53,415 nucleotides of DNA from Octopus sinensis (Eukaryota), in the NCBI RefSeq assembly GCF_006345805.1, contig NW_021833816.1:1-53415 (forward strand), in the 5' to 3' direction. Of the stretch, positions 35,320-48,129 are shown in pieces (positions within the stretch are counted from its first letter, which is position 1; every line of letters starts with the position of its first letter). The notes below the pieces were generated by a model, which worked only from the letters and a program-made list of their open reading frames with translations, ran no database searches and was not told where the DNA came from. The position numbers and the translations under genes were made by a program.

Positions 35320-37897
35320 CGATATCTCTGAATCCATGTCAAACACTTCGAAAACTGCGACACCCACTATATCTACGCAAAAACCAAAATTAAAGTTGGA
35401 ACAAGGCGTAAACACAACCGAATATATGACTCAACCAAAAAAGGAATGACATCTTCGAAACTCGGGACACTTCTAAGTCAATCCGGGGACAACCACCATG
35501 CAACATACTGGTGGCAGAAAAAGATAATTGCAATTGAACATTTAAAAGCAAAACTAGAGGATCTCCATCTTTAAAAAAACGTTTAAAAATTATTGGAACT
35601 GGTGGCGCTCGTTATGGAGGACAGTCACCAAAACTTGAGGAGATGAGCGTTTTTACGCTTATCAACGCCCGGTCAATTCGGAAACGGGCTACGGAGCTAA
35701 CCTACTTGGTTAGATCGGTAAACATGGGCATATTGGTTGTTAATGAAACGAAGCTTAAGGGAAAGCAGCATCACAAAATTTATGGTTTTCACTCGATTGA
35801 TATCCTATGGCGACCTGACGCAATGGCTGGCACTGGGACATCCATATATTATAAAGACAATCTGATGGTGAGGGACTTGAAAATCGTCGAACAAAATTTG
35901 TGCGAACTGATTACATTGAACCAAATCATTTCTCTTGTTATGGAGAGGATTGTATTGGAGTTTTCCTCGTATCGGCTGATCTTGTTCATCAATGCAGCAT
36001 ACCAAGAATTGAGATAAACATAAAAATTGAAAAACTTGATAAAATTCTCAGAGAAGCTATACTGGACTTTCTCCGAAAATCTTCAATCAGAAAAATAATC
36101 ATGTCAAATACTAACAGAAAACCCGGATAAACGAATCTTTGGGAAACTTATAAATGGAATGGAAACCTTGAGAAGAAGCTAAGACGATGCAGTGACCCCA
36201 TAGATCGTATTCGGGATAAGATTCGTACAGCGAAAATAGAGATAAATGATGTCGCAAAAAACATTCAGACCTTGCTTGGAAGAGTCAATGCTCGAAACTG
36301 AATAAGAAAAACCCTCATTTTTGGAAGGTTTTCAACAGACTAAGTAATATGGAGAACAAAGGTGAAGAGATTCGACTAAAAACAACTGAAGGAATAGCTA
36401 TCCCGCTCAAAAAAGTTCCCTCACATTTGCGAAGTCAACTGCCAAAAGTTCAAGAGGTGGATCTGATCGACATGGTTCCGAAAGAATTTATATGTGATGC
36501 ACAGAGAAGTCTGCGAGCTAACTTGAGTTATACGGGACCACTGTGCAGAGACATAACGTTGGAACAAACGTATGTTGCTATTATGAGCTGCAAGAACAAT
36601 GCACCCGGCCATGACTACATTCCATTACTGTATTCAAACATGCTCCAATTATTCTCCTACGATGCTTGACCGCACTATACAATGCAAGTTGTAGACTTAG
36701 ACTTGGATACGTACCGGACTGGAAGGAAAAAGTCAATCGTACGTATGATTCCAAAGCATGGAAAAATGAAGGACCATGCAGAGAACTATCGGTCAATAAG
36801 CCTAATATGCTCAGTCTCTAAAATTATGGAACAGATTGTCTTCACAAGACTTTCGATCTTCGTAGAGGAATCAGGTGCACTTGCAGCGGAAACAGTGGGG
36901 ATTCCGACGAAAAAGATCCTGTGGAGATTGTTTCGGAGAACTCCATCTTGCTTAGTCTTGCAAACAATATAGCGATATTGCTACCTGCTCGATGTCTAAA
37001 AATCTTTTGACAGCGTATGGCACCTGGCCTCTTGAAAAGTGTCGCCAAAATCAAACCCGGCTCTAGAACGGTCAATGGCTGAAGAGCTATTTATCAATGA
37101 AGAGGTCATACAATACGATGCGGAAACCGTTTGTCGGAATCTGTCGATTTTAAAAGAGGGGTACCTCAAGGCTCGGTCTTGAGCCCTCTGCTTTTTAATA
37201 TTTACGTTGCTGATATTCCAAAACCGAAAGATCCTACCAGTCGTCTCATGATCTACGCGGACGACATACTAATAACGGATCCTTCGTGGAGAAAAGACAT
37301 CTCGTGGAGGAAATTAAAAGGATACGTGACAAGAGTGGAAGAGTGGTGCATATCAATAGGACTGACACTCGCAAAAGAAAAGTGCACCGGCATTTGGATT
37401 GCAAAACAGGGAGCTAAACGAAAACCGTCGAGAAACCTCTATGGGTTTACAGTAACGGAGAACCTGAAATGCCTTGGGGTTGAAGTTGGTCCAAAGGGTT
37501 CTTACTTCATATACATCGACTCAAGGAGAAGGAAATGCGCTCAAATTCTCAGGAGCATAATTCACTTCTACTTTTGTCCGGAAACGTTTTTATATGTTTA
37601 TAAAACGTGCGTCAAACTATTGCTTACCTACGGGTTAGAGAAATGGCATTATCGCTAAGCTCGAAAAGACGAGACGATATGCCATCAAATTGGTAAATGG
37701 ACTCCAGCTGGACCAACTTATCCCTCAAGAGATGGAAAACGTGACAGTAACAGTTGGAAGTGTTTTGAGAAAGCCTTTTCCTCTCGAATCTCTAATTAAA
37801 AAAAAAAGAGGGAAACAACGGAGAAGAGGCATACGTTGTCTCATTAACTTTCTCTCTCTTTTTTTTCGGCTTTCGTTTTAATAAAAAATTCATTCAT
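35320..37897 (+). mobile_element. LINE family A, longest copy (possible ORF1 end, partial APE, RT, 3' UTR), frameshifted
   Basis: INARSI..VNETKL (APE) at 35645+. The RT is highly similar to 5664-6705 and has the same 3' UTR and (TTCA)n end. Confidence 0.88.
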
Positions 37898-37930
37898 CAA
37901 GTTTTCTTGAGATACGTCGTTGTACTATAC

Positions 37931-39982
37931 CAGGGGTTCTCAACCTTTTTAGCTCATGGGGCCAATCGATAATAAGAATATCTTTGCGGGCCGCAAAAAA
38001 ATTTTATGTTATTAATGAAAAGAAGGCTTTTTAGTAAGTAATGAAAATCAATGCGAGACTGATTCTGTTTGGCGTCTATTATTTTGTCGAAACAGAGAGT
38101 AAAAGTCGAACACGATGTTCGTAAAAGTTGATTTAGGTGTCCATCAGTCAATCGATTTCGATACTTGTTTTTATTTGCGTTAGTTTGCTGAAAAAAGCTC
38201 ACATGTATACGTGATTCGAAGACTGATGCATTTTTTTGAGCATTATCGACCAAGTTCGGATATTTCCACTGCGGAATTCGACCCCAAAAATCCAATTGTT
38301 CACTTGACTTAAATAGCGCGGTAAGTTGTAAATCTGCCTGCATTTCAATTAGTTCCAGTTGATATATGTATTTTTCCTCCCTTCAAAAACGAAAAATTTT
38401 TCCTCCCATTCGGGGTTAAATGCACGATTTTCATGAATAATTTTTCTACTTCGTTTAACACGTTTATCAGACATCACAAACAATATTATTTAAATATTAA
38501 TGTACAAAATATTTAATATAAAAACAAAAAATATTTTTTTTTATATAGTAATAAATTGATTAAATGAACAAACAATTGTCAGTTAACTAAATTAATCCAG
38601 CCGAACGGATTGCTTGCGCGTTCCCGCGCACGATTGCGAGTGAGATCTCTGCCTCAACCAGAGGACTCGCGAGCATCCATCTTCTTCCGAGCAATGAGGA
38701 TACCGAGGTCTTTTAAGAAGCATGAGGTCTGCGGACCGGAAGCGCCTGATGTGTCTCAAGAGCCACAGGCACGAAGGAATGCCGAGTGGCAAGATTCTTG
38801 TATTTTCCACTTTGCGGGCTTCCGCCACGGCCGCGACCGAGCCGGAAGAAGAAGCAGAGATGACGGTATAGAGCGGATGGGGACCACGTGTCTGCGCACG
38901 TGGCGTCCCAGATCAGGCAATTGCCATTCCGGAATGGGAAGGTGGTCATCCCGTCCGGGCGTTTGCCGTCCCCTTGTCCAATCCAACTGGTTCAAGCACG
39001 TTGGGGAAGCCAGCAGCGTTGAGAGCTCTTGAAATTACGTCGTTGATTGCTCCATGGCGAGGCGAGCGGCCTGCGCTCCGGCGGCAGGAGAGGGGGTGAA
39101 GGCCTTTCACGTCCACCGTACCTCCGCATCGACAGGGATGAGAGGCGCAGACATCGAGCCCCAGCCGAAGAGCGACCCCAATGCGCAGTGTTCGTTGTCC
39201 AATAGGGAACCCGTCGATGACGTTGGGTAAGCGTCGAGCCAAGATCCACTATGCTCGTGTGCTGCCGAAAGCAGGCACGCCAGCCGGTGTTGGTCTAGCT
39301 CTGGTTTCATCTTCGAAAACGAGTCGGCGGCCCATATTTCATCCCATTCACGTTGCACAGACATGTCGGACGGGAGGGGTAGTTTAGCGTCAGTCCAGAA
39401 TTCCAGAAGGTCGGCAGTCGGCAACTCCAGAGAGAGTTCGTTGAAGGGGAGTAGAACCTCTCGGACAAGTTGCCGGCTTCTGGAAATTGAAGAGAAGTGT
39501 GCATGTGGAGCCAGATCTTTTGGCGAGCGAAGACCGATCCCGCCGAACCTGACGGGAAGTTTCGCTTGAGTCCAGCCGATTTCGTCAAAAGAGATGTTCA
39601 GGACTGCCTCCGTGCAAGATTTCAGTGATTTTCCAAGTGAGTCAAAGTGTCTGGATGCGAGTAGCATGGCAGGCAGCGGAGCGTGTAAAGAAGTTTCGGC
39701 ATGTGTATGCTGTTTTTCATAAGGAAGAAAGCGATGTGTGAGTCTAACTCCAATAGACTGCTCGTGAGGTTACGGAATTCAGAGTCCTTCTTCGCCAGAT
39801 GGGCCTTTAGGCCAGATGGGCTTAAAGGGCATCCAAGGAAGGTTGCTTCTGATGGCTGGATTGTTTGTGCACCAGCGATGAAGCCTTGAATTGTCATGTT
39901 GACATTCGGAAAATCCGCCTCAGGGTAGTTGAGGTTTAATATTTTTTTATAATTTTAATCGGGCCGCGGTTGAGAACCACGG
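37931..39982 (+). mobile_element. Non-autonomous Buster hAT with nested CRE
   Basis: TIRs CAGGGGTTCTCAACC / GGTTGAGAACCACGG. 8-bp TSD TACTATAC / TACTAGAC with central TA. Dimerization-domain remnant (DFWGRIPQWKYPNL..NRLTDGHL) on the minus strand. Confidence 0.9.
38534..39934 (-). mobile_element. 5'-truncated CRE-like element with poly(A) tail
   Basis: FLGCPL, KLLYTLRC, AKLPVRFGGIGLRS, CRCG..H..C..RHGAIN, RPDG..WDATC. T-run at ~38534-38542. Absent from the duplicate at 44886-45531. Confidence 0.9.
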
Positions 39983-39990
39983 TACTAGAC

Positions 39991-41100
39991 TTTCTATTAA
40001 CAAAAAAATTTTTATTCTTCGGTATATTTCTGACAACCCGTCAATGTCTGGTTCCCTAAAGAGCAATTTTATCCGATTCAATAATCATTTCAAAGTCTCA
40101 AAAATGAAAAATCCATTACTGATTTTAACGACATTGTCAATTTGAAAATCAACAATATGGATCGGATAACGTCTATAATGCTGATGAAACCGGTGTGTTT
40201 TAAAAGGCAATTTCTTCTAAAAGTGTATGTACAAAATCAAGGCCTGGAATAAAGTTGTAGAAGGATCGATTTTCATTATTAATATGTGCAAAATGTTCGG
40301 AAAAGATAAAAGAATGCCATTGATGATAGGAAGATTTAAAAATCCTAGATGCTTCAAAAATTTAACTTGGAAATTATGTTACTACACATATTCGAACAAA
40401 GCATAGATGAACACTGAAATTTTAAATAAATGACTGACTGATTTAAATTGAGCTGGCTAAGAAAAAAAGAAAAATTTACTTGTGACTGACCAATCTCATC
40501 AAATCATAGTCACTTTGAAGTTTATAGAAATTCTTTTTTTCCTCAAAGAACATTTTCATTGTTGCAACCAATGGATCAGGGAATAATAAAATGTTTTAAA
40601 GTTGAGTTAACAGATTTGAAAATAAACAAAATAATAGAAAAGATTGAAGCAGGAGAAAAACTTCAGAATGCAATTCATAAAATCTCTCTTAAATCTGCTG
40701 CGCAATTTACTTTCTTTGCTTGAAATAACTTGACTCCTACAACCATTATAAATTGCTTTCGGAATGCACAATTGATGAAGAAATAGATAACATAACATTA
40801 ACAAAGATTATGAGAATAATTATGAAGAATTAATTAAAAAATGTGAAATCAATGATGCAATTTTTTATGATGGATTTCTTGAATATTGCTCTATTGAAAA
40901 TGAAGAACTAGTTGAATTTTTGAAAGGGCAATCTCGAGAAGATCAAAAACCTCAACCAGTACTTGATTTTATTTAATGACTAAAATTAGGAAACAAGTGA
41001 TGAAGAGGATTATGTTAAAAAAAAGTTGAGCTATTGAAGCATTTAGAGCACTAGAGACCATTAAAAATTACATTCTCAAATCAAAAATTCAAATGATGAT
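39991..41100 (+). mobile_element. pogo/Tigger DDE transposase remnant (family C)
   Basis: VYNADETG, KDRFSLLIC, PLMIG..KNPRCFK, QPMDQGII, NCFR. Confidence 0.85.
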
Positions 41101-41939
41101 CACGAAAAATATTATTATCTGCTCATTACACACAAATGAGGACTATTCCCAGGATGACCACCACCAACAGAAGACCCACAGTACATTATGCATTGTGAGT
41201 AATTGAGATGAGTTGGGGTCATATACCACAGCACCCGCAAAACCAGCACGTAGTACATGATTATCTGAAATAGTATATTGGAGTGACCTTGTCCAGGTAT
41301 CTGCAGCCATATCGTTTGATTATTGCAATATCTTATTACTTTTGTTGATTTTCAATAAAGAAAACACGCGGTCGTAAAAAACCCCGTTTATAAACCCCAC
41401 AACTGTGGATTGTTGTCCTTTCAATATAAGGCTGTTATTGAAATGATTTAAAAGATTGTCATGGCAATGTTGTCCTATGCTATTTTTAGTGCTTTTAGAT
41501 TTGTGGAATCAATGAAACGTTAACTTACGTGAGGTCTGAAGTAGTGATTGGCGTCTAGAATTCCATAAGCAACAATATCAAGACGGGAATTAGTAATCGT
41601 AGGTTTACTAGAATATATGGAAATTTTAGCGAGATTTGTTGTTTTGATGATTGACGTGATTGCAATCCTCTTAAAAAGGTTACTCTGCTGAGTGGCGAAC
41701 AAAATCAAGAAAGCATTATTAGAAAAAATTATTTTCTATCATGAATTGACAGAAGTATCAAATTAATGGACGGTGTGTACAAATTGCAGAACTCTTTTTC
41801 AACCTCTTGTTTTTAATTTTCTTAAAAGAGGTTTCAGTTACTTTCAAAATTTAATTTCATAAAATCTCCTCTATTTTTAAAAATCCGTGAAACTTGAGAA
41901 TAAGAACAGTTGAATCTTGCAGATAGAGCTTCCTGTATA

Positions 41940-43017
41940 CAGTCCGACCCCCAAATGGGGCACCAAGTGCCCCAAAATGCGGGGGTGCCCCAAAAACAGG
42001 GGTTTGTTATTTTTTTAAAAATTAAAACATTAATAAACATCAAAACATTTTTACTAAAATATTCAGTTATTTTCTTTTTATTGTAGAGTTTTGTCTGATA
42101 TTGTTCGTCAATTTCAGCCGAAAATCAAAAAATCTCGGAGCATACTTGGTGCAACATTAGAAATTTTTTCTTCTAAATTGTTAAGCAGATCTTTTGTTTT
42201 TGCTACGACATTTTCACTATTTTCGGTTCTGAATATGTATCATAAACATTATTGTTCATGTCTTCGCATTCTCCATCAATTGTTTCGTTAACAACTTGAT
42301 CTAAATGTTCATCTGTTAGACAGTTTTTTGTTGCATAAGAATCACGGTTCCTGTCGATTTTCTTCCAACAATTAACAATACTTTAGCATCTATTTTCTCC
42401 ATCCTTTTGAAATTAGCATCATAACCTGACGCAAATTAATTTACCAATAGAATGTGTAAAATCGTTTTCGAAATCTTGAAAACATAAAAATTCCATAAGA
42501 AAGAGGAATTTTTTCAAAATAGGGCCTGAAATCGGAATTTTATCTACGCGTAGTCTTTGAAATATTTCAAAGACTTGATCATCAAATTTATCTTTATCGG
42601 CTTTAAATGTGTCATATCCTCAGAAATAGTATTGCCGTGTTGCAAGAAAGGTACAATATTTCGTTTTATTCTTGATATTGTTCCTTTACTTGTGTTGTAC
42701 TTTTTCATTAGTTGCCTCTCAGATAAATTTTTCTTCAAAATTTCTTTAGCAATCTTCAATTTAGTTCGTAATCCATAACCACAACAATAAAAATATAAAT
42801 TGAAAATAAAACAAAAAATAATTAATTTATTATAATTTTATTTTATTTTTAATTCCTTATAAATGATTTTATGGTGCCCCAAAAATTCCATAATTTTTAT
42901 CGATTTTATTTTTTTCTGCCAAAATGTACTTTTGGAATAAAGTGCCCCAAATTGCGGGGGTGCCCCAAAATCCGAGGGTGCCCACCCTGGGGTCTGCCCC
43001 ATTTTGGGGTCGGACTG
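41940..43017 (-). mobile_element. pogo/Tigger element A, second copy with 648-bp internal deletion
   Basis: Same TIRs and TA flanks as 28530-30263. Lacks the equivalent of 29106-29753, with an AAT microhomology at the junction (~42509). Confidence 0.93.
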
Positions 43018-43019
43018 TA

Positions 43020-43781
43020 TACATATTTGCTATTAAAATTAAAATTAATTATATAAAATTCATTTGGAAGCCTCGTGTAATTTTGTATTCTTGTGGTTAT
43101 GGCTCGTAAGCTTAGTCTTGAGTTAAAGATCAAAATTGCCAAGGACTTAAGTGAAAATAAACATCTTACTGAACGAGATATTGTAGATAAGTACAAATTA
43201 GTAAAGGTTTTTTATTAATGTAAGTTTTTAGGCGACAGATTAATAACTGTCGGCAACAGATTCCTAGTTCAAATTTTTTAGTTAACAGTGAGAAAGAAAA
43301 TTTGGACACGATAATTGCAGACGTAATTGCTGAAAATGAAGAAGAAATAATGATGAGTCAATATATGACCAAACTGAATGCAACTGTTCACACTTGGACA
43401 CGATAACAGCAATGAATAACCTTGAAGAGAATATTCACAGTTTGTTTCCGATGCGTAAAAAGACTATTACAATTTCAGAAAATATTGGGCATACATATGA
43501 AGAAATCTGCAACAGGAAACAAAATAACAGATTATTTTCGTTGTGGTAATAGAATAAAAAATTTTTTTCTACTTGAAAAATACTCTAATTATCAATAAAA
43601 TTAGTGGAAAACATGTTTAAATGTTCTTAAAAATACTTTATTTATTTAAAAATTAATGAAAAATATGCTAAAACTATTAAAATTTTAAAAAAAATAAAGA
43701 AATTTCAGACCTCCATTTTGGGGAAACCTCTATTTTTGGGGCAATTTTTCAAAATTGATGCCCCAAATGGAGGTTATACTG
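43020..43781 (+). mobile_element. pogo/Tigger element B, left end missing, internally deleted
   Basis: MARKLSLELKIKIAKDLSENKHLTERDIVDKY (HTH), C-terminal KITDYF, right end ...CCCCAAATGGAGGTTATACTG|TA. Confidence 0.8.
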
Positions 43782-44853
43782 TAATATGGAGAACAAAGGC
43801 GAAGAGATCCGACTAAAAATAACTGAAGGAATATCTATCCCGCTCGATAAAGTTCCCTCACATTTGCGAAGTCAACTGCCAAAAGTTCAAGAGGTGGATC
43901 TGATCGACATGGTTCCGAAAGAATTTATATGTGAGGCACAGAGAAGTCTGCGAGCTAACTTGAGTTATACGGGACCACTGTGCAGAGACATAACGTTGGA
44001 ACAAACGTATGTCGCTATTATGAGCTGCAAGAACAATGCACTTGGCCATGACTACATTCCAATTACTGTATTCAAACATGCTTCAATTATTTTCCTACGA
44101 TACTTGACCGCACTATACAATGCAAGCTGGAGACTTGGATGCATACCGGACTTTTGGAAAAAGTCAATCGTACGTATGATTCCAAAGCCTGGAAAAATAA
44201 AGGACCATGCAGAGAACTATCGGTCAATAAGCCTAATATGCTCAGTCTCTAAAATTATGGAACAGATTGTCTTCACAAGACTTTCGATCTTCGTAGAGGA
44301 ATCAGGTGCACTTGCAGCGGAACAGTGGGGATTCCGACGAAAAAGATCCTGTGGAGATTGTTTCGGAGAACTAAACGAAAATCGTCGAGAAACCTCTATG
44401 AATTTACAGTAACGGAGAACCTGAAATGCCTTGGGGTTGAAGTGGTTCAAAGGGTTCTTACTTCAGATACATCGACTCAAGGAGAAGGAAATGCGCTCAA
44501 ATTCTCAGGAGCATAATTCACTTCTACTTTTGTCCGGAAACGTTTTTATATGTTTATAAAACGTGCGTCAAACTATTGCTTACCTACGGGTTAGAGAAAT
44601 GGCATTATCGCTAAGCTCGAAAAGACGAGACGATATGCCATCAAATGGTAAATGAACTCCAGCTGGACCAACTTATTCCTCAAGAGATGGAAAACGTGAC
44701 AGTAACAGTTGGAAGTGTTTGAGAAAGCCTTTTCCTCTCGAATCTCTAATTAAAAAAAAGAGGGAAACAACGGAGAAGAGGCATACGTTGTCTCATTAAC
44801 TTTCTCTCTCTTTTTTCGGCTTTTCCGTTTTAATAAAAAAATTCATTCATTCA
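43782..44853 (+). mobile_element. LINE family A duplicate with internal deletion
   Basis: Matches 36345-37897 but lacks 36943-37415. Confidence 0.88.
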
Positions 44854-44885
44854 ATGTTTTCTTGAGATACGTCGTTTTGTGTACC

Positions 44886-45531
44886 CAGGGGTTCTCAACC
44901 TTTTAGCTCATGGGCCAAATCGATAATTAAGAATATCTTTGCGGGCCGCACAAAAAATATTTTATGTTATTAATGAAAAGAAGGCTTTAGTAGTAATAAA
45001 AAAATCAATGCGAGACTTGATTCTGTTTGGCGTCTTATTTTGTCGAAACAGAGAGTAAAAGTCGAACACGATGTGCGTAAAAGTTGATTTAGGTGTCCAT
45101 CAGTCAATCGATTTCGATACTTTGTTTTATTTGCGTTAGTTTGCTGAAAAAAGCTTCAATGTATACGTTGATTCGAAGACTGATGCATTTTTTTGAGCAT
45201 TATCGACCAAGTTCGGATATTTCCCTGCGGAATTCGACCCCAAAAATCCAATTGTTCACTTGACTTAATAGCGCGGTAAGTTGTAAATCTGCCTGCATTT
45301 CAATTAGTTCCAGTTGATATATGTATTTTCCTCCTTCAAAAACGAAAAATTTTTCTCCCATTCGGGTTAAATGCACGATTTTCATGAATAATTTTTCTAC
45401 TTCGTTTAACACGTTTATCAGACATCACAAACAATATTATTTAAATATTAATGTACAAAATATTAATATAAAAAACAAAAAATATTTAATATTTTTTATA
45501 ATTTTAATCGGCCCGCGGTTGAGAACCACGG
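44886..45531 (+). mobile_element. Non-autonomous Buster hAT (no CRE insertion)
   Basis: Same TIRs and body as 37931-39982. Confidence 0.88.
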
Positions 45532-45540
45532 GTACTAGAC

Positions 45541-46630
45541 TTTCTATTAACAAAAAAATTTTTTCTTCGGTTATTTCTGACAACCCGTCAATGTCTGGGT
45601 CCCTAAAGAGCAATTTTATCCGATTCATAATCATTTCAAACTCTAAAATGAAAAATCCATACTGATTTTAACGACATGGTCAATTGAAAATTCAACAATA
45701 TGGATCGGATAACGTCTTAATGCTGATGAAACCGGTGTTTTTAAAAGGCAATTTCTTCTAAAAGTGTATGTACAAAATCAAGGCCTGGAAATAAAGTTGT
45801 AGAAGGATCGATTTCATTATTAATTGTGCAAAATGTTCCGGAAAAGATAAAAGAATGCCATTGATGATAGCAAGATTTAAAAATCCTAGATGCTTCAAAA
45901 ATTTTAACTTTGGAAATTATGTTACGTACACATATTCGAACAAAGCATAGATGAACACTGAAATTTTATAATAAATGACTGACTGATTTTAAATTTGAGC
46001 TGGCTAAGAAAAAAAGAAAAATTTACTTGTGACTGACCAATCTCATCAAATCATAGTCCTTTGAAGTTTATAGAAATTCTTTTTTTCCTCAAAGAACATT
46101 TTCATTGTTGCAACCAATGGATCAGGAATAATAAAATGTTTTAAAGCTGAGTTAACAGATTTGAAAATAAACAAAATAATAGAAAAGATTGAGGCAGGAG
46201 AAAAACTTCAGAATGCAATTAATACAATCACCTTAAATCTGCTGCGCAATTTACTTTCTTTGCTTGAAATAACTTAACTCCCACAACCATTAGAAATTGC
46301 TTTCGGCATGCACAGTTGATGAAGAAATAGATACATTAACAAAGATTATGAGAATAATTATGAAGAATTAATTAAAAATGTGAAATCATGATGCAATTTC
46401 TTATGATAGATTTCTGAATATGGCTATATTGAAAATGAAGAACTAGTTGAATTTTTGAAAGGGCAATCTCGAGAAGATCAAAAACCTCAACCAGTACTTG
46501 ATTTTATTTAATGACTAAAATTAGGAAACAAGTGATGAAGAGGATTATGTTAAAAAAAAGTTGAGCTATTGGAAGCATTTAGAGCACTAGAGACCTTAAA
46601 CTTACATTTCCAAATCAAAAATTCAAATGA
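45541..46630 (+). mobile_element. pogo/Tigger family C remnant (duplicate)
   Basis: Collinear with 39991-41100. Confidence 0.85.
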
Positions 46631-46649
46631 TGATCACGAAAATATTAAT

Positions 46650-47736
46650 TATCTGCTATTACACACAAATGAGGACTATTCCAGGATGACCACTACCAAC
46701 AGTAGACCCACAGTACATTATGCATTGTGAGTTGATTGAGATGAGGGGTCATATACCACAGCACCCGCAAAACCAGCACGTAGTACATTGATTATCTGAA
46801 ATAGTATATTGGAGTGAACGCTGTCATGATGTACAGCCAATCGTTTGATTATTGCAATATCTTATTACTCTTTGTTGATTTTCAATAAAGAAAACACGCG
46901 GTCGTTAAAACACCCCGTTTATGAACCCCACAACTGTGGATCGTGTTCTTTCATATATAAGGCTGTTATTGGAAATGATTTAAAAGATTGTTCATGGCAT
47001 GTTGTCCTATTGCTATTAGTTTTAGTGGTTGTAGATTTGTGAATCATGGACAATCAATGAACGGTAACTTAAGGAGGTCTGAAGTAGTGATTTGCGTCTA
47101 GAATTCCATAAGCAGCAATATCAAGAGGAAATTAGTAATCGTAGGTTTACTAGAATATACGGAAATTTTAGCGAGATTTGTTGTTTTGATGATTGACGTG
47201 ATGGCAATCCTCTTAAAAAGGTTACTCTGCTGAGTGGCGAAAAAAATCAAGAAAGCATTATTAGAAAAAATTATTTTCTATCATGAATTGACAGAAGTAT
47301 CAAATTAATGGACGGTGTGTACGAATTGCAGAACTCTTTTCAACCTCTTGTTTTTAATTTTCTTAAAAGAGGTTTCAGTTACTTTCAAAATTTAATTTCA
47401 TAAAATCTCCTCTATTTTTAAAAATCCGTGAAACTTGAGAATGAGAACAGTTGAATCTTGCAGATGGAGCTTCCTGTATATGGCAAATTGGACACAAACT
47501 TCCCTTAGCCCCTTGCAGTTGATGAATTAAGAGTGATGAAGATATGGGCATGCAAATCTGAAATTGTCCAAGATAAATGCGACGAATAACTAAGGAAGAA
47601 ATGAATGTTTTTATGAGTCTCTTCCAGAGATCAAGTTTACAAGATAAAAGCTGATAGATATATCATAATTTGCGGCGTAGCTGAACTGATCGATAGGCTA
47701 TTGAATACTCTTTTAGCCACCTTACCTAGCTAGCAT
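46650..47736 (-). pseudogene. Unknown gene remnant: VAKR-family start and C-terminal hydrophobic helix
   Basis: Start ATGCTAGCTAGGTAAGGTGGCTAAAAGAG resembles 4305(-). Ends VGLLLVVVILGIVLICV. The 3' part is duplicated at ~41110-41939. Confidence 0.35.
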
Positions 47737-47847
47737 TTAATTTTTCCTAAAAAACTAGGTATTATTCCATTGTCTGCCAAGCTCACTTGGTCTTTAAATG
47801 TAAATATAATTTTGATACAAATAATTTTGATACAAACAAATAAAAAA

Positions 47848-47919
47848 TGCCTACGCCGGGAGTCGAACCCGGATCCCCTCGGCCACAACGAGGAATTCTA
47901 ACCGCTAAACTACGTAGGC
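47848..47919 (-). tRNA. tRNA-His (GUG), intact
   Basis: GCCTACG/CGTAGGC acceptor, CCTCG/CGAGG anticodon stem with TTGTGGC loop, CCGGG-TTCGACT-CCCGG T-arm, A73, followed by a T6 Pol III terminator. Confidence 0.97.
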
Positions 47920-48129
47920 CTTTTAATTAATGCCTTCGTCGATAATAAAAATCAAAAATTGAAAGTACTTTGTTTAGATCATTTCAAGTCAGAGTACCGA
48001 CAATTTGCTGAGTAATTGCAATCTTGTAAATAATGGAAGTGATACATTACTGAAACTTTTTAATTGTCGAATTAATTTTATGCAAATGTATGGACTAATT
48101 AAGAATCCAGCAGTTCTTAGGGGAGACAG

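Larger units (their letters stand above)
36345..47480. repeat. Tandem segmental duplication: 36345-41939 and 43782-47480, separated by two pogo elements
   Basis: Collinear LINE A, Buster MITE, Tigger C and TM-gene fragment in both copies. Copy 1 has an extra CRE insertion and copy 2 has a 473-bp deletion. Confidence 0.9.
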
